This document shows positions 44,363 to 54,862 of a stretch of 64,000 bases of DNA, in pieces. How positions within the stretch are numbered: position 1 is the first letter of the stretch; every line of letters starts with the position of its first letter. The DNA is from a virus. The stretch lies in IMG/VR virus record IMGVR_UViG_3300025881_000002, one strand, 5' to 3'. Made by a program: the position numbers and the translations under genes. The notes under the pieces were generated by a model, which worked only from the letters and a program-made list of their open reading frames with translations, had not been told where the DNA came from and ran no database searches.

Positions 44363-46747
44363 ATGCAAATAATTAGAGATAAAACTATACCTATAATTAA
44401 GAATAGAAATAATTTCTTAGTTAAAGATATACCTAAATACCATCCTTCTTCTATTAAGTTTCTTAAATATTGGAAGCAAGAGAAGAAAAGATGTATTGAA
44501 GGTTATTGGGGTGTAGATGATAATATAAGCTGCTCTCCTTTACAAATAGAACATCTTAATGAAGATAGACCAGTAGAGTATAGATATATGCCTGGTAAAC
44601 TTTATTTTTATGTTAACTATGGTACTATTAAACATAGACCTGACTATTTACCTAAGACTGCACCTAAGATTAAAATTAGACCTTATCTAAGAGATTTTGA
44701 ATGGGCATACTACTATGTAGAAATAGAAGCTAGAGGTTTTAGTGGTTTTACAGAAGATCAAGAATATTCATGTAATAGATTTCTTTTAGATGATTATACT
44801 GATGAAGAATTAGAACACATGTGTTTAGATCAAAATGGTGAACGTATTGATATTAAACATTTTAATTTCTTTAAAGAAGATGGTAGTAGAAAAGAGTATG
44901 TAGATGCTAGAGAGTATATAAGAAGAACTTTTGATAAACCAATGGGACTTCCAGTATATGAAAATGAAGCATCTAATTTTATGTTACTTGGAGCTCGTGG
45001 TGGAGGTAAATCATTCTTAACAGCAAATACTATTGCGCATGAATGGTTATTTGATGGAGCTAAATATTATACAGAACAATCTATTGTAAACCCTGCTGTA
45101 GCAGAAATATTAGTAGGTGCAGCAATTGCATCTAAGTCTTCTGAAATACTTGGTAAAGTATCTGATATGGTAGAAGAATTACCAGGAAAATATTCTAAAG
45201 ATTCTGTACATCCATTATATAAAGAACATTCTGGTACATTATCTCCTAATAATTTTAAGAATCCATTTAGACATGAGTATGAAAAGAAAATTGCAGGTAA
45301 ATGGAAAAAGTTAGGTTCTAAATCTAAAATATATCACGCTACATTTACTGTAGAAAATCCTGAAGCAGCAGCAGGTACAAGACCAGGTTTAATTATTGTA
45401 GAGGAGGTAGGACTTGCACCTAATATACTTACAGTACATGGATCTAATGAAGCTGCCCAGATGACAGATGGTGTAGTAAAATTTGGTACATCTATTTATA
45501 TTGGAACAGGTGGTAACGTAGAAAAGATTATAGAATCTGAACTTATATTTAGAGACCCAAAAGGATTCTCAATGTTAGAATTTAATGATATATGGGAAGG
45601 TAATGGTAAGATAGGTTGGTTTGTTCCAGCTTATTATATGGACGGTAACTATAAAGATAAGAATGGTAATACTAATTTAGCAGATGCAATTGAAGTATAT
45701 GAGAAGCGTAGAGCTGAAAAGAAAAAATCTAAATCATCATCTGCAATAGATCTTGAAATGATGAACTATCCACTTAAACCAAGTGAGATGTTTATTAATA
45801 AATTAGGTAATAGATTCCCTATTGCTGATCTTAAACAACAGTTAGTTGAAGTACAATCTAACAAAAAGGATTATGCTGATAAACATTGGTATGGTGAATT
45901 AACATTAACTACTAAAGGTGAAGTTAAATTTAAACCTGTTGAAAGTAATCAAGTAGTTCATGATTATCCTGTATTAGATAATAAAAATAAACCTGGTTGT
46001 GTTGAAATATTTGAGATGCCTAAACGTAACTCAGAGAATATAATATTCCCAAATAGATATTATCTAGGTACAGATACATATGATGATGATGATAGTACTA
46101 CTAATTCATTAGGATCTATATTAGTAATGGATGCTTGGACTAAAAGAATAGTTGCAGAATATACAGGTAGAAGAGGAACTAGAGAATTTTATGAGATAAC
46201 TAGAAAACTTACATTATTTTACAATGGTGTTAATAACTATGAAAATAATAAAAAAGGTTTATTCTGGCATTATGAAAAAATGAAGTCTCTTAATATACTA
46301 GCTGAAACACCAGAGTCTCTTAGAGATGAAGCTAATATATCTATTAGAAGAACTGGAAACACTAGATTTGGTACTCCTGCTACTGTAGGAGTAAATAAAT
46401 ATGCTATTCAATTAATTGAAATGTGGTTAGATGAACAAGCAGCTGGAAAAGAAGAAGGTGTTACTAATGTACAAACTATACGAAGTGTAGGAGTACTTAA
46501 AGAACTTATATCTTATAATCCAGACCCTAACTATAACTTTGATAGAATATCAGCCTTAGGAATGCTTTTAATTATTGTAGAGGATAATTATAGAGTTATT
46601 AATTCAGGTAAAGAAAATGATGGTAGACCTAAAAAAGATGCAAGTAAAGATCCTTTCTTTGAAAAAAATTGGTCAGGAACTAAAGGTTTGCATGAATTAA
46701 CAGATTATAGAATAAATAAAAGAAATAATAAAATACAATTTAATTAG
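44363..46747 (+). CDS. terL: terminase large subunit
   Basis: Walker A LLGARGGGKSF, Walker B LIIVEEVG, nuclease-domain YLGTDTYDDDD. 794 aa, followed by the portal-size gene. Confidence 0.8.
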   Translation: MQIIRDKTIPIIKNRNNFLVKDIPKYHPSSIKFLKYWKQEKKRCIEGYWGVDDNISCSPLQIEHLNEDRPVEYRYMPGKLYFYVNYGTIKHRPDYLPKTAPKIKIRPYLRDFEWAYYYVEIEARGFSGFTEDQEYSCNRFLLDDYTDEELEHMCLDQNGERIDIKHFNFFKEDGSRKEYVDAREYIRRTFDKPMGLPVYENEASNFMLLGARGGGKSFLTANTIAHEWLFDGAKYYTEQSIVNPAVAEILVGAAIASKSSEILGKVSDMVEELPGKYSKDSVHPLYKEHSGTLSPNNFKNPFRHEYEKKIAGKWKKLGSKSKIYHATFTVENPEAAAGTRPGLIIVEEVGLAPNILTVHGSNEAAQMTDGVVKFGTSIYIGTGGNVEKIIESELIFRDPKGFSMLEFNDIWEGNGKIGWFVPAYYMDGNYKDKNGNTNLADAIEVYEKRRAEKKKSKSSSAIDLEMMNYPLKPSEMFINKLGNRFPIADLKQQLVEVQSNKKDYADKHWYGELTLTTKGEVKFKPVESNQVVHDYPVLDNKNKPGCVEIFEMPKRNSENIIFPNRYYLGTDTYDDDDSTTNSLGSILVMDAWTKRIVAEYTGRRGTREFYEITRKLTLFYNGVNNYENNKKGLFWHYEKMKSLNILAETPESLRDEANISIRRTGNTRFGTPATVGVNKYAIQLIEMWLDEQAAGKEEGVTNVQTIRSVGVLKELISYNPDPNYNFDRISALGMLLIIVEDNYRVINSGKENDGRPKKDASKDPFFEKNWSGTKGLHELTDYRINKRNNKIQFN

Positions 46748-46764
46748 ATAGCTATTAAATCATA
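46748..46764 (+). repeat. 17-nt conserved element ATAGCTATTAAATCATA (copy 1)
   Basis: Identical to 49223-49239. It starts at the stop codon of the preceding gene and ends exactly 55 nt before a TAnnTTTG box. Confidence 0.7.
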
Positions 46765-46818
46765 ACCCCTAAATGTACATTTTGATACAATAATCTTTAC
46801 TTTTGGTTTAGAATATTG

Positions 46819-46826
46819 TATCTTTG
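46819..46826 (+). promoter_or_regulatory. -7 box TATCTTTG upstream of the portal gene
   Basis: Matches TAnnTTTG, with the ATG 21 nt downstream. No correctly spaced TTG was found. Confidence 0.5.
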
Positions 46827-46847
46827 TGTTTAAAATAATAAATAAAT

Positions 46848-49223
46848 ATGGCTAATAATTTTTCAGTAAGTTTACCTAGACAAAGACTAGCTTACTCACG
46901 AAAGAATAAAAAGTGGAGAAAAGATGTTGTTAATCACGCTGACAAATATTCTTTTTATCATAATGATAAAGTTAGAAATAGTTTAAAGAATAAACTATCA
47001 AACTTAAATTTATATAATGGTTATGTAGATAGAAATGATATTCAAAAGGTATTGAATCCTTTTGGTATTGATGCATCTTATGTACCAGATAATATACCTC
47101 ATCACCCTATAATGGTTCCTAAAATAGATCTATTAGTAGGTGAAGAGATTAATCGTAAATTAGAATATACTGCTGTAGTAACTAATCCTGATGCCATATC
47201 ACAAAAAGAAAAAGATAAGAAAGAATTTATAAAACAAAGTTTAGCTCAATTAATTAAGTCTACAGGTGGTGATGAACAGCAAATAGAAGCTAAATTAAAA
47301 GAATTAGATAAAGACCTTAAAACTTGGCAAGATACAAGAGAACTTACTATTAATAGAATATTAAGACATTATTCTCATGAACAACAATTTGATGTTAAGT
47401 TTAATGAAGGTTTTAAAGAAGCGTTAATTTATGGTGAAGAAATATATCAATGTGACATTGAACATAATGATCCAGTGTTACATAAGCTTAATCCTCTCAA
47501 AGTATTTTCAGTTCGTAGTGGGAATAGTAACAATTTAGAAGATTCTGATTTACTTATTATAGAAGATCACTGGAGTCCAGGTAAAATTATAGATACATTC
47601 TATGATGAGCTTAAACCTACTGATATTGATGAAATAACAGATTATGCTTATAAAAGAACTGGAACTAGTAACTCTTATACAGATAATGAAAACAATCATT
47701 TATTTTTAAGAGATGATCCAGCAAGTGCTGTTATAGATGGTCATGTTTCAATAGCTGAAATTAATGGTCACCACTTTAGTAGTAACTATACAGATAATGA
47801 AGGTAATATAAGAGTATTAAGAGTTTATTGGAAATCACAAAAGAAAATTTTAAAACTAAAGTATTATGATGAAAATGGTGATGCTCAACATAAATTTGTA
47901 TCTGAAGAATATATACCTAATGAAGATTTAGGTGAAGAAACAAAGACATACTGGATTAATGAAGCTTGGGAAGGAACTAAGATAGGTAAAGATATTTATA
48001 TTAATATGCGTCCTAGAAAAGTTCAGTACAACAAAATTAATAATCCTTCTTATTGTCATTTTGGTATTGTAGGTTCAGTATATAATACATCACAAGGTAA
48101 AGCTGTATCACTTATAGATAGAATGAAAAACTATCAATATTTATATGATATACTTTGGGATAGACTTAATAAATCAGTACAAAAGAATTATGGTAAAATA
48201 CTAGAGATGGATTTAGCTACTATACCAGATAACTGGGAAGTAGATAAATGGTTACACTTTGCTGTAGTTAATGGTATTGCTGTTAAAGATAGTTTTAAAG
48301 AAGGTAATAAAGGAGCTGCTACTGGTAAACTTGCTGGTAATATGGGTCAATCTAAAGGTTATCTAGATCTTGAAACTGGAGGATATATGCAACAACATAT
48401 TAATCTACTTGAGTATATTAAACTTGAGATGGGTGAAATTGCAGGTATTTCTAGACAAAGAGAAGGTCAAGTATCTAATAGAGAAACTGTAGGTGGTGTA
48501 GAACGTTCAGTAAATCAATCATCTCATATTACAGAATGGTGGTTTATGAAGCATGAAGATGTAAAACGTAGAGTATTACAATGTTTTGTTGATACTGCTA
48601 AAGTTGCATTTAAAGGTCAAAATAAAAAGATACAATATATATTAGATGATCAATCTATTGGTATCTTAAATATTGATGGAGATGAAATCTCTGAAATGGA
48701 TTATGGTATTGCAATCACTTCTTCAACTAGAAGTAGAGAACTTAAAGATACTATGAAACAACTTGCTCAAGCATTTATGCAAAATGGCGGTAGTTTCTCT
48801 ACTGTTATGGATGTATATTTATCACCTAGTTTATCTGATATGAGACGTAAGATTGAAGAAGCTGAAGAAAATTTACAAGAACAACAACAATCTCAAGCAG
48901 AACAGCAAAATAAAATAGCTGAAGCTCAATTAAAAGCTCAACAAGAAACTGAACAGAAAAATAGAGATCTTAAAAAGTACGAAATAGATACTAAAGCTAA
49001 TACTGATTTACAAAAAGCCATAATTAGTTCTATGGATAATAATAAAGAAGATGGAAATGAAGATGGTATATTAGAATCTCAGAAATTTAATTTAGATGTT
49101 ACTAAAGTTAAAAATGATTTAATGGTAAAAATGAAAGGGTTAAATCAACAACTTTCTATGCATAACGATAAAGTTAAATTAGAAGAGAAAAAGATTGCTA
49201 AACAGTCAAAGACAACTTCTTAA
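46848..49223 (+). CDS. probable portal protein
   Basis: 791-aa ORF immediately after terL, with a Gln/Glu/Lys coiled-coil C-terminus. The call rests on position and size. Confidence 0.6.
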   Translation: MANNFSVSLPRQRLAYSRKNKKWRKDVVNHADKYSFYHNDKVRNSLKNKLSNLNLYNGYVDRNDIQKVLNPFGIDASYVPDNIPHHPIMVPKIDLLVGEEINRKLEYTAVVTNPDAISQKEKDKKEFIKQSLAQLIKSTGGDEQQIEAKLKELDKDLKTWQDTRELTINRILRHYSHEQQFDVKFNEGFKEALIYGEEIYQCDIEHNDPVLHKLNPLKVFSVRSGNSNNLEDSDLLIIEDHWSPGKIIDTFYDELKPTDIDEITDYAYKRTGTSNSYTDNENNHLFLRDDPASAVIDGHVSIAEINGHHFSSNYTDNEGNIRVLRVYWKSQKKILKLKYYDENGDAQHKFVSEEYIPNEDLGEETKTYWINEAWEGTKIGKDIYINMRPRKVQYNKINNPSYCHFGIVGSVYNTSQGKAVSLIDRMKNYQYLYDILWDRLNKSVQKNYGKILEMDLATIPDNWEVDKWLHFAVVNGIAVKDSFKEGNKGAATGKLAGNMGQSKGYLDLETGGYMQQHINLLEYIKLEMGEIAGISRQREGQVSNRETVGGVERSVNQSSHITEWWFMKHEDVKRRVLQCFVDTAKVAFKGQNKKIQYILDDQSIGILNIDGDEISEMDYGIAITSSTRSRELKDTMKQLAQAFMQNGGSFSTVMDVYLSPSLSDMRRKIEEAEENLQEQQQSQAEQQNKIAEAQLKAQQETEQKNRDLKKYEIDTKANTDLQKAIISSMDNNKEDGNEDGILESQKFNLDVTKVKNDLMVKMKGLNQQLSMHNDKVKLEEKKIAKQSKTTS

Positions 49224-49239
49224 TAGCTATTAAATCATA
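49223..49239 (+). repeat. 17-nt conserved element ATAGCTATTAAATCATA (copy 2)
   Basis: Identical to 46748-46764, with the same 55-nt spacing to the TATATTTG box at 49294. Confidence 0.7.
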
Positions 49240-49270
49240 CTGTGAAAACTAAAGATAATTTATATTAAGG

Positions 49271-49301
49271 TTGTATTTAGTATTTAATTGTAGTATATTT
49301 G
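49271..49301 (+). promoter_or_regulatory. Bacteroidetes-type promoter upstream of the scaffold-like gene
   Basis: TTG (49271-49273), 20 nt, TATATTTG (49294-49301). Confidence 0.55.
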
Positions 49302-49340
49302 TATAAATTTGGAAGTTTAATATAATAGAAGAAGAAAAAA

Positions 49341-50477
49341 ATGGAAGATAACTTAAACATGGATCTGTTTAATGATGCGCCAATAGTTGATATTGGAGCA
49401 GATGAAATAAATCCTTTCCTTGAAATAGAGGATGAACAAGATGAAAATAATACTGATATTGAAACATCAGAAGAAAATGATACAATAACCGACGAGGATC
49501 AACTAGATCCAGAGAGCGTAGTTGGGAATGAAGATAGTCAGGATGAAGCAGAGGATGAATCTACACAAGATAATGATGTAGAGAATTCTTCTTCAGATCC
49601 AAATTTATTTAATTCCATAACTGCATTACTTGTAGAAAAAGGTTTGCTCTCTGTGGATTCTGACATTAAAGTAGAAGATGAAGATGCTTTTGTTAATTTA
49701 TTTAAACAAGAGATTGAAAAAACTCAAGATAGTAAATTCAATGATGTTCAAAAAGAATATTTATCTAAACTAGAAAAAGGTATACCTCAAGCTGTAATTG
49801 AAAAAAATAACAGTGAAATTGCACAACTAGATACTATTACAGAAGATAATCTTAAAGAAGATGAAAATCTAAGACAAAGAGTAATTTATCAAGATTATGT
49901 GAATAGAGGTTACTCAGATGAAAAAGCTAGAAAACTTTTACAAAGAAGTATAGAACTAGAAGAAGATGTTACAGATTCTCTAGAAGCTATGACAAGTATT
50001 AAAGAAGCTGCAAAAACTAGAATAGAAGCTGAAGAAGCTAAACTTGCAGAACAAAATACTAAAGCTAAAGACGCAGAAGAAGCTAGGATAGCTAAAATTA
50101 AAGATAAGATTAAAAAAACACCTGAAGTTATAAAAGACTTTAAAATTACAGATAATGTAAGAAATAAGGTGGAAAAAAATATGTTTGATATAGTTTCTAA
50201 AAATCCAGAAACTAATACTCCTGAAAATTCATTAATGAAATCAAGGAGAGAAAATCAAGAAGATTTTGATTTTAAACTCTATTATTTATATACTATAACT
50301 AATGGGTTTGAAAATTTTGATGCTCTTACAAAAACTACAAATAGTAAAGTAGTAAAAGATTTAGAAAGAGCGTTTAAATCAAACACAAGAATTAAAGATC
50401 CAGGTTCACCAGCATATTTGCAAGACCCAGAAAGCTATTCAATTGATATAGTTGGGCATGATATTGTTGTTGACTAA
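49341..50477 (+). CDS. probable scaffolding protein
   Basis: 378-aa, very acidic, helical and low-complexity. Sits between the portal and capsid genes. Confidence 0.5.
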   Translation: MEDNLNMDLFNDAPIVDIGADEINPFLEIEDEQDENNTDIETSEENDTITDEDQLDPESVVGNEDSQDEAEDESTQDNDVENSSSDPNLFNSITALLVEKGLLSVDSDIKVEDEDAFVNLFKQEIEKTQDSKFNDVQKEYLSKLEKGIPQAVIEKNNSEIAQLDTITEDNLKEDENLRQRVIYQDYVNRGYSDEKARKLLQRSIELEEDVTDSLEAMTSIKEAAKTRIEAEEAKLAEQNTKAKDAEEARIAKIKDKIKKTPEVIKDFKITDNVRNKVEKNMFDIVSKNPETNTPENSLMKSRRENQEDFDFKLYYLYTITNGFENFDALTKTTNSKVVKDLERAFKSNTRIKDPGSPAYLQDPESYSIDIVGHDIVVD

Positions 50478-50511
50478 CAAAAAAGAAAAAAATTAAAAAC
50501 AATTAAAAATT

Positions 50512-52029
50512 ATGAGTGTAGGAAAATTTGTAATGACTCAAGCAAAGTCGTTTACTGGTCTAACCACTAGGAATCACCTTGGTGCCATTTGGCAACAGGC
50601 TCCTCAGATGGCATCTAAGATCACTACTCAATTGCTACAAGAGTCTGGCATGAAAAACTTAGATTCATTCTTAAACAGCATGCCTGTAAAGTATCTTGAA
50701 ACAGATGATGATTTCATCTGGAGACTAGCTGGTAGTTCTGAAAGGAACATACCTCTAGTGGAAGCTAGATGGCAAGGTGCTGTTGTGGATGAAAACACAA
50801 CTAACGTAGGTGCTGGAAGAGCACCATTTGAATTGGTATTTCCAGAAAGGTATTTTACAGATGTTCATGAAATCGTAGGAGAAAGACCTGATACGTATCG
50901 TATTAGAATTCTTGATGACCCTAAAGAAGATGGAACAAATTATGTGTATACCTGTGAGGTGTTTGGAGGTGAAGAAACTTTACTAGGTATTCCTGGTGAT
51001 GAATTCTTACCACAAAAACGATTCTCTATTGAAGGAGCACCAGTAGAAGACGAACTTTCAATCAAAGGTGCTGGAATACAGTTCAATACGCCTTATACTA
51101 TGAGAAACTCTTTCTCGTATATACGTATGGAACATAAAGTATCTGGTAAAATGATTGATGTTAAATTGAAAGGTCAACCAACCTTTTTCTCTAACATTGT
51201 AACTAGAGATCCTAAAACAGGAGGTCTACATGAGTCTACTACTTGGATGCAAGAAGTATACTGGCAGTTTGAGCAAGCAATTGCTAAAATTAAGTCACGT
51301 ACTTGTTTCTTTGGAAAAACTAACAGAGATCAAAATGGTAGATACCTAAATACAGGTAAATCTAACATTAGTATTAAAGCTGGCTCAGGTATTCGTGAGC
51401 AAATGGAAGTTTCTAATACAGTATTCTATAATGAATTCTCTTTGAGACTTCTTACAGATATGCTTACTGAAATTTCTGAAGGTAAACTCGATCTAAACTA
51501 TTCTAGTGGAGAACGTAAGTTTATGGTTAAAACAGGAGAGCGTGGACTTATTCAATTCCATGAAGCTGCTACAAGAGAAGCTCTTGGGTGGATTTCATTG
51601 AGTAATAATAACCCAGCTACTGTGATGAAGACTTCATCAAAGTATCATCCTAATTCATTTAAAGCAGGATTCCAATTTACAGAGTGGATTGCACCTAATG
51701 GTGTACACGTAGTTGTAGAAGCAGATCCTTTTTATGATGATAAAGTAAGAAACAAACAACTTCACCCTAAAGGTGGTGTAGTAGAATCTTACAGATATGA
51801 TATCTTTGATATCGGTTCAATGAGTGAACCTAATATCCAAAAAGTTATGGTTAAAGGCGAAGAGGAACTTCGTGGTTACCAAGCTGGTATTAGAGATCCA
51901 TTTACTGGTCGTAGAGGAGGTCGTATGGAAAGAATGGAAGATAGTGCAACTATCACAGCGATGTGTACTATAGGTTCAATGGTGAAAGATCCATCTAGAA
52001 CTGCTTCATTACTACCAAATGTACTATAA
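50512..52029 (+). CDS. probable major capsid protein
   Basis: 505-aa ORF after the scaffold gene, with GC-shifted (high-expression) codon usage, followed by a hairpin. No direct motif proof. Confidence 0.6.
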   Translation: MSVGKFVMTQAKSFTGLTTRNHLGAIWQQAPQMASKITTQLLQESGMKNLDSFLNSMPVKYLETDDDFIWRLAGSSERNIPLVEARWQGAVVDENTTNVGAGRAPFELVFPERYFTDVHEIVGERPDTYRIRILDDPKEDGTNYVYTCEVFGGEETLLGIPGDEFLPQKRFSIEGAPVEDELSIKGAGIQFNTPYTMRNSFSYIRMEHKVSGKMIDVKLKGQPTFFSNIVTRDPKTGGLHESTTWMQEVYWQFEQAIAKIKSRTCFFGKTNRDQNGRYLNTGKSNISIKAGSGIREQMEVSNTVFYNEFSLRLLTDMLTEISEGKLDLNYSSGERKFMVKTGERGLIQFHEAATREALGWISLSNNNPATVMKTSSKYHPNSFKAGFQFTEWIAPNGVHVVVEADPFYDDKVRNKQLHPKGGVVESYRYDIFDIGSMSEPNIQKVMVKGEEELRGYQAGIRDPFTGRRGGRMERMEDSATITAMCTIGSMVKDPSRTASLLPNVL

Positions 52030-52051
52030 TAAGAAAAAATTATATTAATAT

Positions 52052-52075
52052 TAGAGGGGTAGGGATATCCCTCTA
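52052..52075 (+). terminator. hairpin after the capsid gene (weak terminator)
   Basis: TAGAGGG-N10-CCCTCTA, containing the palindrome AGGGATATCCCT. There is no clear T-run. Confidence 0.35.
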
Positions 52076-52111
52076 TATTAAAATTACTAACTGAAGAAGA
52101 ATAAAATAAAA

Positions 52112-52981
52112 ATGGAAGAAACAAAAAGTAAAGAATTTACTTTACCTAATAGATCGGTAAAGGTAAAATTTATAAATAGAAAAAGAGGAATGGCTAATGG
52201 TTCTTGGGTAACTAAAGATCACGCTATTGCTGGAGGAATGCTTAATAATTCAACTAAGAAATTATGTGTTCCATTGATGAAAAATAAAATGTTAGCTAAT
52301 GTGTTAACAGCTGATGAAAAAGAATATCTTGAAAGTAACAAAGGTCTTAATATAGATCTTAGTGTATATTCTAATAAAGAATTTTGGAAAGATAGGTTTG
52401 TAACACTTAGAAAAGGTATTAATTTACTTGATCTTTCAAACCCTATTGATTTTATTGATTATAAAATTCTATTAGCTAATAAAGATTTTATAGCACCTAA
52501 TTGGGAAGCTAGAAATAATAAACTTACATATTGGTTTGCAATTGTAGAAGATGGTGAAGAGCAAAGTATTAATAGAAAACAATTTAACTATAAAAAAGAA
52601 GCATTTAAAATGTATTCTGAATTAGAAGATAATTCTAATATTCTTAGAGGTATTGTTAAAACTATTCTTAGAAAACCTCTTGCTAAAACTACAGATATTA
52701 GATTTTTACAAGACCAAGTTGAAAAGATTATAGATGAAACACCTGAAAAGTTTGTTTCTCTATTACAAGACTCAACTTATGAAACTAAACTTCTATTATC
52801 AGATGCAGAAGATGCTGGAGTCATTGTTGTACAAAATAAACAATATATGACAGCTGATGGAATAGAATTATGTTATGAAGATGAAATAGCTTCTTATTCC
52901 AACGCAGTTAAATATCTTTCTGATCCTCTTAATCAAGAGTTAGTAGATATTATAAAAGTAAAAATTGATAAAAACAAATAA
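52112..52981 (+). CDS. hypothetical structural-module protein
   Basis: 289-aa ORF. Confidence 0.55.
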   Translation: MEETKSKEFTLPNRSVKVKFINRKRGMANGSWVTKDHAIAGGMLNNSTKKLCVPLMKNKMLANVLTADEKEYLESNKGLNIDLSVYSNKEFWKDRFVTLRKGINLLDLSNPIDFIDYKILLANKDFIAPNWEARNNKLTYWFAIVEDGEEQSINRKQFNYKKEAFKMYSELEDNSNILRGIVKTILRKPLAKTTDIRFLQDQVEKIIDETPEKFVSLLQDSTYETKLLLSDAEDAGVIVVQNKQYMTADGIELCYEDEIASYSNAVKYLSDPLNQELVDIIKVKIDKNK

Positions 52982-52983
52982 TA

Positions 52984-53745
52984 ATGACAGTACAGGAATT
53001 TAGAAATGAATTTGATTTGCTATATGATAATATAGCTAGCAAAGGTGCTCCTGGACTAGATGATTATGAAGTTTCAGTATTCTTAACTTTAGCTCAAGAA
53101 GAATTAGTTAAAAATAAGAATACACCTAAAAGTAATAAATTACAAGAAGGTTTTGAACAAAGTGAAAAAAGAAGAGTAGAATTAAAAGAATTAATTAGAG
53201 ATTATAAAGTTTTAAATCCTATTTTAACAGGAATATCAACTTCTATAACAACTAATAATATATCTACAAAATCTAAATTCTATAAAATACCTAATGATGT
53301 ATTTTTAATTAAATATGAATCAGCTTTTATAGACACTGAAAATTGTAATAATTTACAAGTTGAGGTTAAACCTATAACTTTAGATGAATATAATAAACAA
53401 AAGAAAAACCCCTTTAAAAAACCAAATAATAAAATAATTTGGAGATTAGATTATAATTCTATTGAACCTGGAAGTAATGCGGTAGAGTTAATATCTGAAT
53501 ACCCAATTAAAGAATATAATATGAGATATCTAAAACAACCTTCTCCTATTATATTAGTAGATTTGAATACTAATGAATATTTAAATGAAGGATTAACTAT
53601 ACTAGGGCAAACTCAACAACAAACTAGTAAATTACATCCTAATTTTCATTCAGAAATAGTAAGAAGAGCTGTAGAGCTTGCAACACTATCTTATAAAGAA
53701 AACAATTTAAGTAACTTAGTAAACTTATATCAAAGAAAAGAATAA
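52984..53745 (+). CDS. hypothetical structural-module protein
   Basis: 253-aa ORF. Confidence 0.55.
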   Translation: MTVQEFRNEFDLLYDNIASKGAPGLDDYEVSVFLTLAQEELVKNKNTPKSNKLQEGFEQSEKRRVELKELIRDYKVLNPILTGISTSITTNNISTKSKFYKIPNDVFLIKYESAFIDTENCNNLQVEVKPITLDEYNKQKKNPFKKPNNKIIWRLDYNSIEPGSNAVELISEYPIKEYNMRYLKQPSPIILVDLNTNEYLNEGLTILGQTQQQTSKLHPNFHSEIVRRAVELATLSYKENNLSNLVNLYQRKE

Positions 53746-53769
53746 ATTAACAAAAAAAATTAAAAAATT

Positions 53770-54774
53770 ATGAGCGTATTTGGAGGAAACCAAGTAGGAG
53801 AAATAATTGTAGGTAAGACCTATGGAGATGAATCAGATCTAGTAGATTTCATGCAAAATGGAACTGATGGAGATGTTCAGATCTTTTCAGGAGATGGTAC
53901 TGCTGTTTCAGAAGGACCTTTTAAAGTTCTTCAAAAAGCAGATGGTTCTATTGGAGGTATAGAGTATACTGAAGTTATTGATCCAAAAACAATTACGTCT
54001 TTAAAGACTGCTAAATATAAAGCACCTGTACAAAGACAATTAAAGGTTACTGGTTTTACTGGTACACCTAGAGAAAATGCCACTTATGAAGTTTTTATAA
54101 GACTTTATAATGATGGTGGAACACTTTCACCTGAGAATTTCAGACAAATTCCAGCATTTTATGTAACAAGAGAAAATGACACTTTTACAGATATCTTGAA
54201 TGGTTTAAAATCTAATATTGATAAAACTCTTCAAAGAGAAAGTAATACATTGTTTAACGTAACTGTTGATACTGGAAATGGTGAATTTATAGTAGAAGGG
54301 AATAATGTTTCTTTTGTACTAGGTAAAAAAGATGGTCGTCCTGTAGAATTTGATCTACAAGCTGTTGTAAGAGCTAATGGTAATTCTAGTAATGTTACTG
54401 GTAATTATTATAATGATCTTACAGTAGAAACTGTTGAAGCAGGTGATCCTGGTAGTGGAACTGGTAATCAAGTAGCTAATCTTGAGTGGTTCTTAAAAGG
54501 TAATAAATATGATAGATACAGAACTGTAGGTTATCCTAATAACTTCGACACCCCATACGTAGTTAATCCAGGAAGTACTTACCATATTGTAAATATTTCA
54601 TACTTTAAAGAACGTGAGTATACAAATGTAGAAAAGCAACATAGATTTGCATACTTTGTATTTGAAAATGCTGATCAAGATGGAGCTGGTGCAGGAACTA
54701 ATTTTACTGCTGTAAATTCTTTTATTAATGATTTAGAGACTGCAACTGGTCGAACTATTGCAGACCTTTCATAA
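53770..54774 (+). CDS. abundant virion protein (second capsid, decoration or major tail protein candidate)
   Basis: 334-aa ORF with GC-shifted codon usage like the capsid gene. It has its own strong terminator. Confidence 0.5.
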   Translation: MSVFGGNQVGEIIVGKTYGDESDLVDFMQNGTDGDVQIFSGDGTAVSEGPFKVLQKADGSIGGIEYTEVIDPKTITSLKTAKYKAPVQRQLKVTGFTGTPRENATYEVFIRLYNDGGTLSPENFRQIPAFYVTRENDTFTDILNGLKSNIDKTLQRESNTLFNVTVDTGNGEFIVEGNNVSFVLGKKDGRPVEFDLQAVVRANGNSSNVTGNYYNDLTVETVEAGDPGSGTGNQVANLEWFLKGNKYDRYRTVGYPNNFDTPYVVNPGSTYHIVNISYFKEREYTNVEKQHRFAYFVFENADQDGAGAGTNFTAVNSFINDLETATGRTIADLS

Positions 54775-54817
54775 TAAAGGGTATTTTAACTAACAAAACT
54801 TAAATTTAAATATAAAA

Positions 54818-54852
54818 GAGAGTGGAGTATAACTACTCTTCTCTCTTTTTTT
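54818..54852 (+). terminator. rho-independent terminator
   Basis: 12-bp stem GAGAGTGGAGTA/TACTCTTCTCTC with one mismatch, followed by a T7 run. Confidence 0.65.
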
Positions 54853-54862
54853 ATTCATAGAT

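Noticed and set aside
44223-44372. A 49-codon Cys-rich ORF overlapping the end of 43697-44278 and the start of terL.
   Set aside because: It is fully overlapped at both ends, has no independent start context, and could be a frame artefact. It might instead be a frameshift extension of the putative small terminase, but I see no slippery site.
46802-46805. TTTG as the -33 element of the portal-gene promoter.
   Set aside because: It is only 13 nt from the -7 box, whereas five other promoters here have exactly 20 nt. Only the -7 box is reported.
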